The position numbers and the translations under genes are program-made. Source: Octopus vulgaris (Eukaryota). Taken from it: 64,000 bases of DNA. Location: assembly GCA_951406725.2 (NCBI GenBank), contig OX597818.1:12338001-12402000 (forward strand), read 5' to 3'. Positions 1 through 14,657 of this stretch are shown piece after piece. Below the pieces are notes generated by a model that was given only the letters and a program-made list of their open reading frames with translations, did no database searches and had not been told where the DNA came from. Each line of letters begins with the position of its first letter. Within the stretch, counting starts at the first letter, position 1.

Positions 1-1535
1 TTGCAATGGAGGAGTGACATGTATAATTTACTTTTGTGACATATTCATCAGAGATCGTTTATCACTGTCTTTTCAAGCTTTCTGAAGAAAGCGGGCAAAT
101 AGTTACAAAGTGATCCAAGGATTAGAGCAGGGTATAATCTTGGTTACATTTTTGCAGGTAGTTACACAATAATTTCTATCAGCAGTTAAGAAAATATAGG
201 TGGGAAATCCTTATTGAATCTTTAGTGCGAAACGAAACGAACCATTTCGATTTCCATTCCAATCCGCTGATAACTTTCTTGTTTAGACACGAGTTCTACC
301 CTCACAGCGATGCTAAATAAATATTTATTAAACATTTTGTATAACGACTCTGTATAGATATTTATTCAAATACTTCAAACAGTAGAAGAAATTTTATGCC
401 ACGATGAGGGAGAATAAGGTTTCCGGAAGAACCCTCCGTCGGGAAGAGATGATATGTCAACTGTTGCTGAAAGATAAATATACTGGGATTAGAGAAACAG
501 AATTGGTAGGGGTGGAGAAGAAGGAGGTGAAGAAGAGGAGAGAAGTCGGAAATGTAAACGGAGGGGGAAATCAGAGCAAAATGGAAGGAGAAACTGTCAG
601 ATCGGTAAGAAACTAAAAAGACACCAACAGACTCGAAAAATAAATTTTGAAGTAAGGAAGTAATGACATGGGAAAAACACTATACAAACACACAGATACG
701 CAGACATACATACATACACATACGCGCGCTCAGTGACGTATATATATGTGGTGTGTGTATGTGTATGCTATTATGCTATTATACATAAATGCATACACTT
801 ACATACACTTATACACATGTATAAATACACATGCATACACATGTATAAATACTGCACAGATATAAGCAAATGACTAGGAAAAAAATATTTTTGGCCGTAT
901 GATTGTGCTTGCATTGTTTATACGTATATGTATACACTTTTATTACAAATGTGTCTGTCTAAGTATGTATGAACCTTCCACCATCTCTCTCTCCCCCTCT
1001 ACCCCTCTTCCCCTCTCTCCCCTCTCTCACTCTCTCTCTCTATATATATTTATATATATAAACACACACACAAATATATACATATATTTGCACAGACAGA
1101 TACACGCACATATATCTGTGTGCGTGTGTGTGTATATGTGTGTGTATTTATAATGTCTATTTACCTTTCATCTGACATTATTTTCTCAGCTACTGTCGGC
1201 GTTTTTTCAAATCTCTTGGTATTCCTTTTATTTTTATATTCAGACGGTGACTCCTTCTTCTACAATTACATCCCCTTTCTCCTGCTTTACCTTCCTTCTC
1301 CATTACCTTCCTGCTCTGTTATATCTATCCTTCAACACCATTTGACATTTCATCTGTCTCTGACAAAAACTCCTCCTTAGAATGTTTTGGCTTCTTTTCC
1401 TCCCGGCATAAAAATTTTGAATTGTTTGTGTTAATCTTCACCGACGTAAAACATCAGTAGTTACCTCAAATTGTAGTTTTTTGGTATATTCTTTTCATAG
1501 TTATTTCCACCGACATATTATCATGTACTAGCAGT

Positions 1536-1590
1536 ATATATATATATATATAGATGTGTGTATATGTATATATATGTATATATATGTATA

Positions 1591-1638
<48 letters not shown>

Positions 1639-1692
1639 TATAATATAAACTAGAGTACCGATAGTTATATATATATATATATATATATATAT
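1536..1692. repeat. (TA)n-rich microsatellite
   Basis: Visible TA/TG dinucleotide runs; source of the spurious YI/IY ORFs. Confidence 0.95.
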
Positions 1693-2037
1693 GAATGTAT
1701 ATGGTTATAAATATATATGAATGTATGTGTATGAATCTGTGTGTCCACATCTTTATTATACACACGCATATATACGTATTTATTTGCATCTAGGTATAAA
1801 TATATGCATGTGTGCGTGCGTGTGTGTATGTGCATGCGTCTGCGCGCATCCGTGAGTGTTTCGATATGTATATATGTGTATTCATATATATGCATATATA
1901 GTTATATATTTATAAGTATATTCGTAGATGACTGCTTATGTGTGTGTGTGTGTGTGTATGTGTGTGTGTGTGCGTGTAAGTACTCTTCTCATTGCCAGTA
2001 AACAGCTGCAAAGACATTAATAAAAGAAATTGTGTGA

Positions 2038-2272
<235 letters not shown>

Positions 2273-2454
2273 CACATATATATACATGGTGGTGCAAAAG
2301 AAGGTATACAGTTATGAAGAAAGAAAATACGTGCAATACTAATTTATTTTTTATCAAAAAAGTTAAAAGTTACGATAAAAGTAATTTCATAGTTATGATA
2401 AATGTATTATAATGTTTAATGACACTGAAAATATCAAAAGTGAGGCAAACTAAT

Positions 2455-2491
<37 letters not shown>

Positions 2492-2492
2492 G

Positions 2493-2596
<104 letters not shown>

Positions 2597-2791
2597 AAAA
2601 GAAATGAAGCAACGATAAACAATTAGAAGGGCGGAGGTAAAGGATATGGACCGCACCCCATTTCGGTTATTATTTTTTTTTTCTACAGAAACCCACCTTT
2701 TCGACTGCGGAGATTCCGAATCTGAAAATAATAAATAAAATAAAATAAAGTAAAATCGGCACTTCGAAATTTTAATCATGCTCTGTGGTAA

Positions 2792-2903
2792 GATGTTAGA
2801 CAGATCAGCTAATAACCTGTAATGTATGTATTAGCGGTACTTCTTATTCTCTAAATACCGCTAATACCGACATTACAGGTTATTAGCTGACCTGCCTAGA
2901 ATC
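2792..2903. repeat. Inverted repeat / long hairpin
   Basis: TAGACAGATCAGCTAATAACCTGTAATGTATGTATTAGCGGTA pairs with TACCGCTAATACCGACATTACAGGTTATTAGCTGACCTGCCTA around a short loop. Confidence 0.85.
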
Positions 2904-3179
2904 TGATTACCTCCCCTTGAGCCTCCCCCTTACCACATCACAATTAACTTAAATTACCCCGAATAACTAAATTATTTATCTTAAATGTACGATGTACCCC
3001 CGGAGCTATAATTCTCTTTAATATATTCACATTAAAGTTAGATCACTGATTAACATACTGATTGCTGCGGCTGTCACGAATATAAACACGATTAAACGAG
3101 CGATTTAGCCTATTCTAGCCGAATGTATTGGTTTTTAATTATATTAACGAGTTTTTCAAGACACACAAAGACAGTCACC

Positions 3180-3250
<71 letters not shown>

Positions 3251-3253
<3 letters not shown>

Positions 3254-3400
3254 ACGGGCTTCTTTCAGTGTCCGTCTACCAAATCCACTAGAAGGGCTTT
3301 GGTCGGCCCGAAGCTATAGTAGAAGACACGAAGGTGCTTCGCAGTGGGAACTATGTGGTTGGTACGCAAGCTACTTACCACACAGCCACTCCTGCGCTTA
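3251..3400 (-). mobile_element. SINE family 1, tRNA-derived head fragment
   Basis: Matches the head of the full-length copies at 19995-20412 and 23800-24385; similar fragment at 4530-4690. Confidence 0.85.
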
Positions 3401-3429
3401 TATATATATAAACGAAGTTTGCTTGAAAA

Positions 3430-3890
3430 TCTAAGAAACAATGTAAAACAGGCCAGTGACACAAAGTACTCTCCATACCACAATGTACGCTTCGGTGATG
3501 CAGAGTTTGAAATCTGAGGATACACGCAGACTAGTAATTTGGGATACGTAGCATTTACGACTTTTACTAAGGGTAAACTTGCGTGAGAGGCTTAAACATA
3601 TTCTCACAAAGAAAAACGTTACATGATATGCATTGTTACCTAGGTAATAAGAAACAGTTGTATGGCTTTGTAATGAGAATGTTACTCAATACCTACGTAG
3701 TAATAGTGTTCCATCAAACCTTCCAAAACCCTAGATCATGTGGTAGACCACCTAAGAGGTTTGCCAGTCATTTATGTACTGTTAATGTTCGTAACAGCAG
3801 CAAGCAGAGAATCCGATCAAAGAGAGGATAGTGGTTTTATAGATAAGAGAGTAAATGTTTGGAGAGGACTGTGCAGCTTAGCCAAGTCAA
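3430..3890 (+). mobile_element. Decayed 3' end of an RTE-like LINE
   Basis: Translation QLYGFVMRM...PRSCGRPPKRF resembles the RTE C-terminal W.GHV.RM...R.RGRP.KRW motif. Confidence 0.45.
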
Positions 3891-6134
3891 CATACACACA
3901 CACACGCACGCACACACACATACACACACATATAAACACACACAAATACCTGTACATATGCATGTGAATTTGTGTGTATATGTGCGTGCGTGTGTCATGT
4001 AAGAGTTATTTATCAATAAAGATCTCTCAAGATGACCAATAAAGACACTTTCCACGGATCATGCTTGTATAAATTAATCGATATTGAATACTGAGAAATG
4101 ACGGATGTTTATTTTCATTTTAAAAGCTACAGAATAGTGGCACCATATGTATGAAGTTGGCAGTAATGCTTGTCAAACTACAGAAAATTACTGTGACAGA
4201 TGCATCAAGTTATATATTAGAAATAAAAAAAGATCAACATTATAGGAAATATTTGTTGTTTTGTTTTAATAGTAACTTTGAATTATGATTTTTGTTTTTG
4301 TTTTTGCAAGTCTACAATAAATATTATTTATTTGATAATAAAATAAAGATCAATGAACTCCCAGTACCACGAAACAAGTATTTCACTATGTCTATTCATT
4401 ATTTCTTTTCCCATTCTTTTTTTCTCCTTTGTGTACAAAATCTTATTTCTCAGCACGAGAATCTTTGTAATATATGACGTAATACATGACAGACTTTCAC
4501 ATACACAACAGCTTACACGACACATTATAAATGACAGACTTTCAGTTTCTCTCTATCAAATCTACTCACAAGGCTTTGGTCGGCTCAGAACTATAATAGA
4601 AGACAATTGCCTTAGGTGCTGCGCAGTGGGACCGAACCCAAGCTATTGTGGTTGGGAAGCAAGCTTCTGAACGACATAGTCACGACTGCATTGATTCATC
4701 AATTGTAATTTATCAATACGCAAAACCTCCTTAATGAATAACATAAATTCGCGGCGAGTAAATTACATTTTAGGTGATCAAACAATATATCCCGGTTTAA
4801 TTATTGTTCATTAAAGTTAGTTCAAATTATTTGAAAGATATTTATGTATATTAAACATTTTTTTGTTTCATATAAGAATATAACGTGGACAGTGGCGGGT
4901 GGGAATAACTTGGGGAAAAGTGTGTTTGTTAAAGGTCAACGGCTGGAACACAAATTAAAGAGAGTTGTAGGCGAGGAAACAACCACGAACATGATGGCGT
5001 TGAATGAACGTATTGATGGAAGTTGACTTAAGACTGGAGTAGCTGTGTCTCAGATGTAGCCTGAAGCTGTCATCTGTGTATTATCCTGTGTATTTGTTTT
5101 GAGAAAGTTAAGATACACTATGTAGGGGTACGCGAAAAAAGAGGGCGATTTCTTGCGGTTGTCTAAGACATTTCAAATTCGTGATATACTGTTTGGTCAC
5201 CTGAAATGTATTTTACTTGCCATCGTTTTAATGCTATTTATTAAGGAAATTGTGCGTATTTTCTATATAAGGGGATAGAGTGTGTATGTGTGAAGCCGAA
5301 AGCTTGCTGATATTGATGGTTTTTAGAATGGGGCTTGTCCGTTTAATTATTGAAGCTATCAAGAATGCCCTGTGAGTAGTAGCAGTTCAGTGTAGTTGTG
5401 TTGAGATTATTCGGAGGAAGGAAGTCGTTCTAAATGTTTGAGTGTCTGTATAAGTTCATGATGGGTCTCTGAGATATTAAGTCACTTTGTTAAGTTAAAA
5501 ATATTTGATGTTATATATCCAGTTTCTAGATACAAGAAATTGGGCAGTGATTGTACAAATAGTTGTTGTTTAGGCCCAGTTCAGTTTTCCAAATTTCTAT
5601 CAGTCGTTATTTTGTATATCTAGAACTATAGTCTACACTGTCATATCACGGAGATTTTGACTGATCACATAGAGCCTCTCTCATAGTACTTGGTAGGAAG
5701 AGTTTTAGATGATAGTGGTTGCAATAATTAGATGCGCGTCTTAGGTTTTCTGTTCGTGATTTTGCCATGTTCTCAGGCTTTTCAGATTTCGGAATTTCTA
5801 TTTGCTTTTCTATAATATGTGGGTAGAAATAAGTCAAAGGCATGCTTTATGTGGGAGGCTCATACTTTAAGATTCGTATACTTGACTTTGTGTAGATTTT
5901 GATAACTGATTTTTGAAAAATCAGTTATCAAAATCCACAGTAAGTCCTTTTATTAGAGTGTGGGTTATTTTAAAATTCAAACTTGTTATTGTGACATGAA
6001 GTATAGCGTAAACATTGTTGTTGATGATGCTAATCTAATGCATGTAATATTGCTTACTAATCTGTTTTTATTTTTGCGCGGTATATCTAGTCTACTTCAT
6101 TAATTCTTTAGTATTTGTAAGTATGTGTTTAGTG

Positions 6135-6632
6135 TAGTGATCCCTCGCTACTTCGCGGTTCAACTATCCCGGATTCACGACTTCGCGGATCTTTAATATA
6201 TATATATATGAACGCCTACAATTTTTCATTAAATCCATTAAAATATTAATAATAAATATTATTTCCTAGTCTAGGAACAACAAATCAAACGTAAAATAGC
6301 AAAAAAGCATATACAGAGGTATTTGAACTTAAGACGAACTATGATTGGTGCAATGGAGAGAGACGACGAATCGCAGCTTTCTATTTTGTAATCTGGCCTG
6401 TGTAACAGTAACAAACTTCATTTTTTTTAAATCTAAAGTGTTATTACTTAACAGTTGTCCTTGTTATTAACAGACTACTGTAATGGGTGGGTTGTTAACA
6501 GTAGAGGGAAGGTTTTAAAAGTCCAAATACACATTAAATAAGTACTGTAAATATGGTGTCCCTACTTCGCGGAAATTCATTTATCACGGCCGGTCTCGGA
6601 ACCAATCTACCGCGATAAACGAGGGGTCACTG
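6135..6632. mobile_element. Tigger/pogo-like non-autonomous DNA transposon (MITE)
   Basis: Imperfect TIRs (T/C)AGTGATCCCTCGCTACTTCGCGG ... CCGCGATAAACGAGGGGTCACTG with TA at the right flank; no ORF. Confidence 0.75.
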
Positions 6633-6899
6633 TAATTCACATTTTTTTAAAGAATCTAACATCATACTAACGATTTTCAATTAATTCTTTTCTTTCAAAA
6701 TTTGAAGCATTTTTCTAAATCGAAGTTCATGAAAAATTCTCAACCGGTTTAGTATTACATATGCTGCAGCATTTTTATTAATTTATCGCCTGTTGTATAC
6801 AATTTGATGCCATCCATAAAAAAGGATTGATGATGACACCATACCATAATAATTGTCTGTGTCAGTTTGACTTATGTTGGCCAAACGTTGATAGATGCA

Positions 6900-7729
6900 A
6901 GCAATAAAAGGAATGGAGAGAACTCCAGTTGGAACATTTACCTTCTAATACGGATGAATTTTGTTCATAATTGCCGTTATCTGATTGTTTATTGTGTCTT
7001 AATGTAGTATTTATGCATGGATAATATTTTCAAATACCACAAATAGGATGCAATGTCATAATTATTCTCGTAAACAATCGTTGCCACAGTCTCTTTTTCG
7101 CTTACTTCAGTCTTCGTTTTCAGCTGTAAATGTTGATAAATGACCCACACACATTTACGATGTTCACTCTGTCTCATTAGATTGATGGTTTTTATATTGT
7201 AGGGTTGCAGGTTTTGTACATTCTTTGAGTTTTAGTGTTTCATTAATTCTGGGAACCATGACATTTTTATCTCAGTGAGCCAAGCAGGTACTGTTTCAAG
7301 CTGTTTTAGTATCCTATATATTGCAATCGCTAGATATTTTCCCTGAAGCTTATAACAAATGTTTTCTATTTTTTACGAATTCTGCTTGTTATTTCTTGCC
7401 TAGAATTGTTTTTGCTGTTGTGCTTGTTTTTCGAGCACTTTCGCTTTTGGCGATTTATGCTTTTGTTTCTCTAATTCTTTATCTTAAAATATTCTAATTC
7501 TCTGGCTGCTGTAACACAAGTGATTTCAGTTTTGTACATATTTAATTATTACAATAGCTTTAGTTTGTAGTGGAACTGTTTGTTTTGATCAAAGAAGTAT
7601 TGTCGCTCTTTTTAAAGAAAGACTCTTTACAATTTAAAGAAGTTTTCTTACTATTTTGAGTTACTATAATTTTTCGTTATCTTTAGTATAAAAAACTATC
7701 TTCTTACTTAATTTTCCAACATATGCTGC

Positions 7730-7811
<82 letters not shown>

Positions 7812-7980
7812 TCATTAAAGTATTTTGTTGTTTCTTGACCATGTAATTTTGTTCTTCCTTAAGCTTATGAAGAATTAATAGTTTGCAAGATTAGCAATTT
7901 AATTTTTTGCTAGTTTTTGTGTTTCATCTTGTTGCACAACGTGTAAAACCATAATAGTACGTTTGGTTCGTTCTGTTTTT
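6900..7980 (-). mobile_element. Highly decayed R4/Dong-like LINE RT remnant, with a (TTA)n tract at 7730-7811
   Basis: Minus strand reads LKQLETVPAWLTE, comparable to EPETMHEWLTKG of the better preserved copy at about 16 kb. Confidence 0.5.
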
Positions 7981-9192
7981 ATATTCTATTTGGGGGTTGC
8001 ATTTTCAAATACAGTTTTGCTGCAACATTAACGTTACCTTCACTGTTTACACGGTTACTACTCTCACTGCAATAAGTAGTAACAACAAGAAAAGCACTGG
8101 CATGGAAGGTGAACTGAAAGTCGCTTACAGAACACTTCGTGGCAAATCCAACAACACACCTTGTGGCAAATCCGACAACAAAAATGTCCACGGCAAAGGC
8201 GAATTGTAAACATCAACAACAACAACGATAACAATATTGAAAGTGAAGACAAAAGAAATTAACAGCAGCGACCCTGATATTTCAAATAATGCATCGAAAA
8301 CAAGAAAACGAAACCACCACTGCTACGTCGAATAGCGAAGCCGATTTGCATGTCCGCAGAGCTCTTGGAGAAAATTGATAGAATAACAGTGACATATCAC
8401 TGTATGGTGGTTACGCGACAGTAAGTGAAAAAGGGCCAACATATCTAACTGGAAACCTGCTCTAGAGATATATGTAGTGACATCGACTTCATCATTCCTA
8501 CCAGGCGTCATGAAACGAATGAATTGATATTTTCTTCAGAATTTCTCGTCTCAAAGCACTCCACTATGTTGTGTAGAAGAAAAGTACTTGCTCTCATTCC
8601 TACAAACATGAGTTAGCAAGAGACGAGGTCAGTGATGTTGATTGTGTCATCAGAAGTGAGCATCTGTTAGTTCGTGAGATGCATTGTCGTAGATGGAAAA
8701 GGCACACTTCTGAATCTTAAAGTATTTTCAGGAAAACTACTCCAGATTTTGTATGGAAGTCATCCCTCATCCAGACATATCACTAAACTCTGAACATAAT
8801 TTCTGGCCAACTGCACAGCAGGAAGACAGCTAGAAGGTTTAGGTGCTACGCATTTGGTAGCGCTAAACATCTGAGGATTCTTCTGGTCACAAGAGAATAG
8901 AACAGAAACAAGATCCACACTACATGAACATCACTAAATATAGGCAATAGTAGAAACATGGTCATCATCAGCGATAACACCTCCAGCAGCAGTAATAGCA
9001 GCAACAGCAACAACAACGGCAAAAATTAATGCTGAAACTCAAAGAACAATTTCACTAATACTGTACATAGCATACCTCTTTTCATGAGTACACTGAAGCA
9101 CAAGCACATAGCAGCATGTATGTAATTCTTATTGGTGCTTTCTAATGGTCTCTGAAATCAGGTTGCAGGCCGTAGTTGCAACAGGTAGTTGC

Positions 9193-9428
9193 AAGGCGGC
9201 GAGCCGGCAGAAACGTTAGCACGCCGGGCGAAATGCGTAGCCGTATTTCGTCTGTCGTTACGTTGTGAGTTCAAATTCCGCCGAGGTCTACTTTGCCTTT
9301 CTTCCTTTCGGGGTCGATAAATTAAGTACTAGTTACGCACTGGAGTCGATAGAAACGACTTAATCCGTTTGTCTGTCCTTGTTTGTCCCCTCTGTGTGTA
9401 GCTCCTTGTGGGTAGTAAAGAAATAGAT
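9193..9428 (+). mobile_element. SINE family 2, full length
   Basis: AAGGCGGCGAGCCGGCAGAAACGTTAGC head, GAGTTCAAATTCC B-box-like motif, GGGGTCGATAAATTAAGTAC body. Related copies near 18430-18540, 21680-21890(-), 22050-22235, 32940-33070(-), 49430-49810, 53260-53690(-, two), 57995-58150 and 62880-63050(-). Confidence 0.9.
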
Positions 9429-10498
9429 AGTTGTCAGGACGAAGAGTAAAATAGAGACAAAAAGCAGTTCCAATGTGAAAAATAGAATATTCAATGGGGG
9501 AACAGAAAGCATGATAACGTACTATATACACACCATCACCTATAATAACACCAACATCAACACATCAACCACCACAACTACTATAGTCACTACAACCTTC
9601 ACCATTACCATGACAAAACAAAGCTATAACGACAGGATTAGCATAATAGGAACGTTGCGATTGTCAGCAACCGGTAGTTGGGTGCACCGATGAAGAGGAA
9701 TAAATAAGCATCAATATGATTTAGCTATTATAATTAAGCGCTAACGGAAAATGGATTAGAGGGGATGAATGCAAATTTAAACATTTTAACTAATGGGATA
9801 GTAAAGTGTTTGGCGTTTGTTGTCAGTGATCTACTTGGTAAGTGCAGATCAGTACGGCCTCCATTATATCTAATCATGACGACCTTCATCACATATGATG
9901 CATCGTATTAACTGTGAATAGCAAACATGAATTCGGCGGGGCTCTAATAAATTTGTATCACTCGGGAGCTCTTCATAAGATCACGCAATTGGTTCGGAAG
10001 ATGTGTTCTCAGCTGTTGTTGTGTGTCTGCGTGTCTATAATGAAAATAGTCACACTGCTTTCCCCTGGTCTGGGAGTGCATGTAGTTATTTTCTACAATC
10101 TTGTGTGAGAGACAAGACTGAAAGCTCAGAAGACAGATACTTTCCTCTTCGGCTCACTCATTTTAAAGTTCCATTTTGAAAGGAAAGGAAGTGTTTTTAA
10201 GTTGGTTATATAGGACATATACTATGTGAGCTATGTTGTGGCATTGGATACTGACTGATTTGCGTATGTTATAAGATATACATGATAATATTAGCGGATG
10301 ATAGCATACTACACAAGAGTGTGATGTGCTATCATGCGTTTTTCTGTAATTAAGCATTCCATTTTTCTTCGTATCTATAAAAATCGCTCGGTTCACAAAT
10401 AACTGGTTCCATAACGTTTTTGACGCCATTTCCACTTCTTTGGTTATATGGTGTCTTTCACACCTTCAAATTTACATTCCAAATCCAAGGAATGTATA

Positions 10499-10775
10499 GC
10501 GAAGACGCTTAGTGGTTAGGGCATTCAGCTCACGGTTGTAAGGTCGTGAATTTGTTTCTTGGCGGTGCGTTGTCTTCATGAGCAAGACACTTCATTTCAG
10601 GTCCCTCTACTCCACTCAGCTGGCAAAAATGAGTTGTACATGTAACTCAAAGGACTAGCCTTGTCACATTCTGAGTCATGCTGAATACGTGCATTGTTCA
10701 GCTACTTGCACGAGCAAGCTGTTTCGTTGATCAGATCATCTGGAACACTTGTCGTCGTAACTAACGGAGTGCCAA
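10499..10775 (+). mobile_element. SINE family 3 (tRNA-derived)
   Basis: TTAGTGGTTAGGGCATTC A-box-like head; homologous to the better copy at 58812-59135. Confidence 0.85.
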
Positions 10776-11659
10776 TTAATGCATGTCTAGTCAGGGGTTT
10801 AATTCATATTTACTCCCACTCGGGATCGAAGTGACCTGACAGTGCTACACGAGATGCTCTGTGTCTTGTGTGGGCACTTGAAATACTGCATATGTAAGAG
10901 AATTCGCGATAATTCCATCGATGACTGTTAGTCTCTGGTTTGCTGTGGCCTGACTTCAGTCTCTTTGCATATGTCTACTACTTTCTGATAAGCTATTACC
11001 CTTTGTAATATGTTACGGTACTGAATTATTTCTTTTTTGGATTTGGTTTTGAATGTTTTTGTTGAATCCCAGATCAGTCCTAATTAAGAAAGGTATTTCA
11101 TTAAAAGTATTCTACTCTATACTATCTGCTTCTTTTTGCTTGGATTAAATTAACAAATGTGTTTATTAAGACGATAGATTGTGATATGAAGACGATTTAG
11201 GTGCTATTTCTAGGAGGCTGAGGCCTCCTAACTGGGACCTATTATTGACACAGAGCTTTGCATGTTGATGCTAAATGAGTTATAGGTTCACAATTTTGAT
11301 AGTCGCTAGTATTCTTGTGTTTAGGGAATCAATATTGTTTTCTCTTCCAGTAACAAATCGGATGTTAATACTGGTTTCTTCACTAATTTATTGAATGCTG
11401 TTTTGCCACAAATTCATCAATAATTGCTTTGAATTTCCGCCAGTAATTGAGAATTCTGTCAATTCCGGGATTTTTCTTGTTCCTTACAATCTTTATCGTG
11501 TTTGGTGAAAATTAATTGCTCGCGGCCCTTACCGCATTTATTATTCTGGTAGAAGATCTAAGAAATTATTATCATAATCATATTATTATTATTTCCTTGA
11601 TGTCTCTCTTTGTATTGTCCCCCCTCATCCTTCGCCCTGTTGGCAAATAAAAGAAATTA

Positions 11660-13620
11660 TTATTGTTATTAGTTTTTCTTCATTCAAATTTGTTTCCATT
11701 TCTTGGCGAGTGTCTTCCCGACTCCTTGGGCAAAGAAAATCACTGTATACATTGATAGGCCATTAAACTAAACACACCAAATTTTTCATCTTAAAAATGA
11801 AATGAAGTGAAGTGAAAAAAAATTAAAATACATGGGGTTGGGTAATCGTTCTTACATGGAAAATGTTCTTCTAAATACGTGTGACGTACCAGTTAAAACA
11901 ATCTTTTGCAATTCTTGCAATGATGGTAAGACGGATCATTCTCAGATAATTTTCACTCCCCTTTTTGATCATTTATAGGGCTCCTACAATCACTGGTATT
12001 GTAACCGCCTTGAGATGCTACATTTTTTCAATTTCAATGAGCAAATCTTTATATTTTCTGATCTTATCAAATTCTTTTGCTGAGATATTACGATCCCAAG
12101 GAATAATCTTGTCGATCAATAAGCACACTTTATTGCTTTGGTCATTCACAACAGTATCCGGTTTATTAGCTTTGACGGTTCTGTCTGTAGAACGTTCAAA
12201 AGAATCGTTACATTTTCTCCCTAAGTTACAGCCTCAGGGTGCTGATTATATCACTTTTCGGCAGTTTTGATACCAGTGTAGATGTAGCCTAACTCTATCA
12301 TATCTTGATTAATACGCAGCTAGTTCTAAGACTTTACATTTAGAAATTAGGTGGTCCACTGTTTCAATCACATCATTATAGAATCGGCAATTTGGTTTTA
12401 ATCCATTGTTCATCACATTGGCTTGGTATTTCCGGGTCAATAAAGCTTTCATCTCGAGCAGCTAAGATGAAGCTTTCACTCTTTGCTTTTAACTAATGGG
12501 ATAGTAAAGTGTTTGGCGTTTGTTGTCAGTGGTCTACTCGGTAAGTGCAGACCAGTACGGCCTCGATTATATCTAGTCATGGCGACCTTCATCTCATACG
12601 ATGCATCGTATTGACTGTGAATAGCAAACATGAATTCGGCAATTTGAGTCTACTCCATTGTTCATCACATTGGCTTGGTATTTCCGGGTCAATAAAGCTT
12701 TGATCTCGAGCAGTTAAGATGAAGCCTTCACTCATTGCTTTTAACCCTTTGCTCCGTGGCCATTGATGTGTGTACTTCTTGTTTACTTCAGCTTGATATT
12801 ACAGGCCAAATATTTGCTATGCAGAGGTTTCTGCTCCCGTTTTACCTGCCAATTACTCGTGTGTGTTTTTCTTTGCTATAAACTTCGCCTTCTTTGCAAT
12901 AACTGTTGCTACAATTCCCTCAAGTTGTTCAGCTTGGGTATCATGCACGAAATCAAGTGCAATTTTTTTACTCTGCTTATGACAGAATGAAGCTTCTTAC
13001 ATATCTTATGATTTTCAACCAGTTTTAGCATCACGTCGTTTGTTGTTTCACGATATTTGGCCTGTCCAATTGTGATTTTGTAAGAGAGTTCAAATTGGAT
13101 CCAGCTTCGACCTCCTTGGGCTCTGGAAAGGCAAAGTCAATCTGCGTCTGCCTTTGGGTGGTACATCTTATTGCATCTTAGCAGCTTGCGTATTGTACTG
13201 TCAATTTTCTTTATTTCACTGATATTCCAGTTTAACACATTGTAGCTATAAGTAACAACTGGAACTGCTAAAGAATTCATGGCTAACACCTTGTTACATG
13301 CATTTAGCTCAGATTTCAGGACTACTCGGACCGTCCTATAACATTCTGTTTTATGTTTGCATGCTGAATGCCAGAATCTTTCTTTATCCCTAGATGTTTA
13401 TATGTTTGTTCTTGCTAAAGTTCTTTTATAACTGTGTCAACATCTAACACGACTGAATTTGAGGTCTTCAATTTCTCTTTTTAGAAAGTGGCATTGACAC
13501 ATCTACCACGAGCAAATTCAATCCACATGTCATCACTGAATGCTTTGACCGTATGTAACAGGTCTTAAAGCTCATTATTGTCTTTGCTATAGAGTTTAAG
13601 ACATTCAAGTGGTATTAACG
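11660..13620 (-). mobile_element. Decayed 5'-truncated R4/Dong LINE
   Basis: Minus-strand remnants of the RT C-terminus and RLE domain (ANKPDTVV, IPVIVGAL); the 3' UTR resembles that at 18088-18200 and ends in TAA repeats. Confidence 0.75.
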
Positions 13621-13692
13621 CTATGCAAAAATTGGAGATGAAAGTGAGTCACATTGGAAAATGCCTAAACTGATGTTAATATTATTTGAAGC

Positions 13693-13727
<35 letters not shown>

Positions 13728-14657
13728 TAGTTATATTTTTATAGCGTGCTTTCACTTCACTACCGAGCGCAGCTCTGTGTGCCCTAGGTATGTGCTGTGA
13801 TTTGTTGTGATGCTCTGATGGTTATTGTATGGAAAGTCTTCTGCGTAGGATGTGTGCAGTGCCTAGTAGTGCAATTTTCTGTATGTTATATGTGTTTGTA
13901 AGTCCTGGTGTTTTTGTTATGTATTTGTCTGAATGTTTTTTTATCATACCTAATGCACCTACTATGATAGGAATTGTTTCTGTTTTTAGATTCCACATTC
14001 TGGTTACCTCTATTTCCAGGTCTTTGTATTTTGAGAGTTTCTCCATTTCTTTTAGAGACACGTTGTCATCTGCCGGTATTGATACATCAATTAGAATGCC
14101 TTTTTGTTTTCATGATCTCTGACAACTATATCTGGTTTGTTGGCCTTAATTTCTCTATCTGTGTGTATCGGCATATCCCAGAGTATGGTTGCTTTCTCGT
14201 TTTCTGTGACCTTTTCTGGTGTGTGCCTATACCATCTTTTTTCTGTTGTTATTCCATAATGTTGGCATAGCTTCCAATGTATGTAGGTTCCAACTCTGTG
14301 ATGTCGGTGAATATATTCCTTCTTAGCCAGGACTGGGCAGCTAGAGATAATATGATTTATTGTTTCTTGTCCATCTCCACATATTCTGCAGTTACTTGTT
14401 ATATTTCTTTTCATTACATGTTTTTGGTAATTTCTGGTGGGGAGGCTTTGGTCTTGTGGTGCAATTAAAAATCCTTCTGTCTCTGCTTTGAGTCCTGAGC
14501 TTCTCAACCATTGCTGGGATTTTTCTTTGTCTATTTCTTTTGCATTTAGTTTAGTCCAGTATTTGCTTTGAAGGGGCTTTTCTTGCCATCGTTTTATCAT
14601 GGTTCGTTGCTGTTCTATTTTTAGTTTGGATTTCATTTGTTTTATAGCTTTTGTTGT

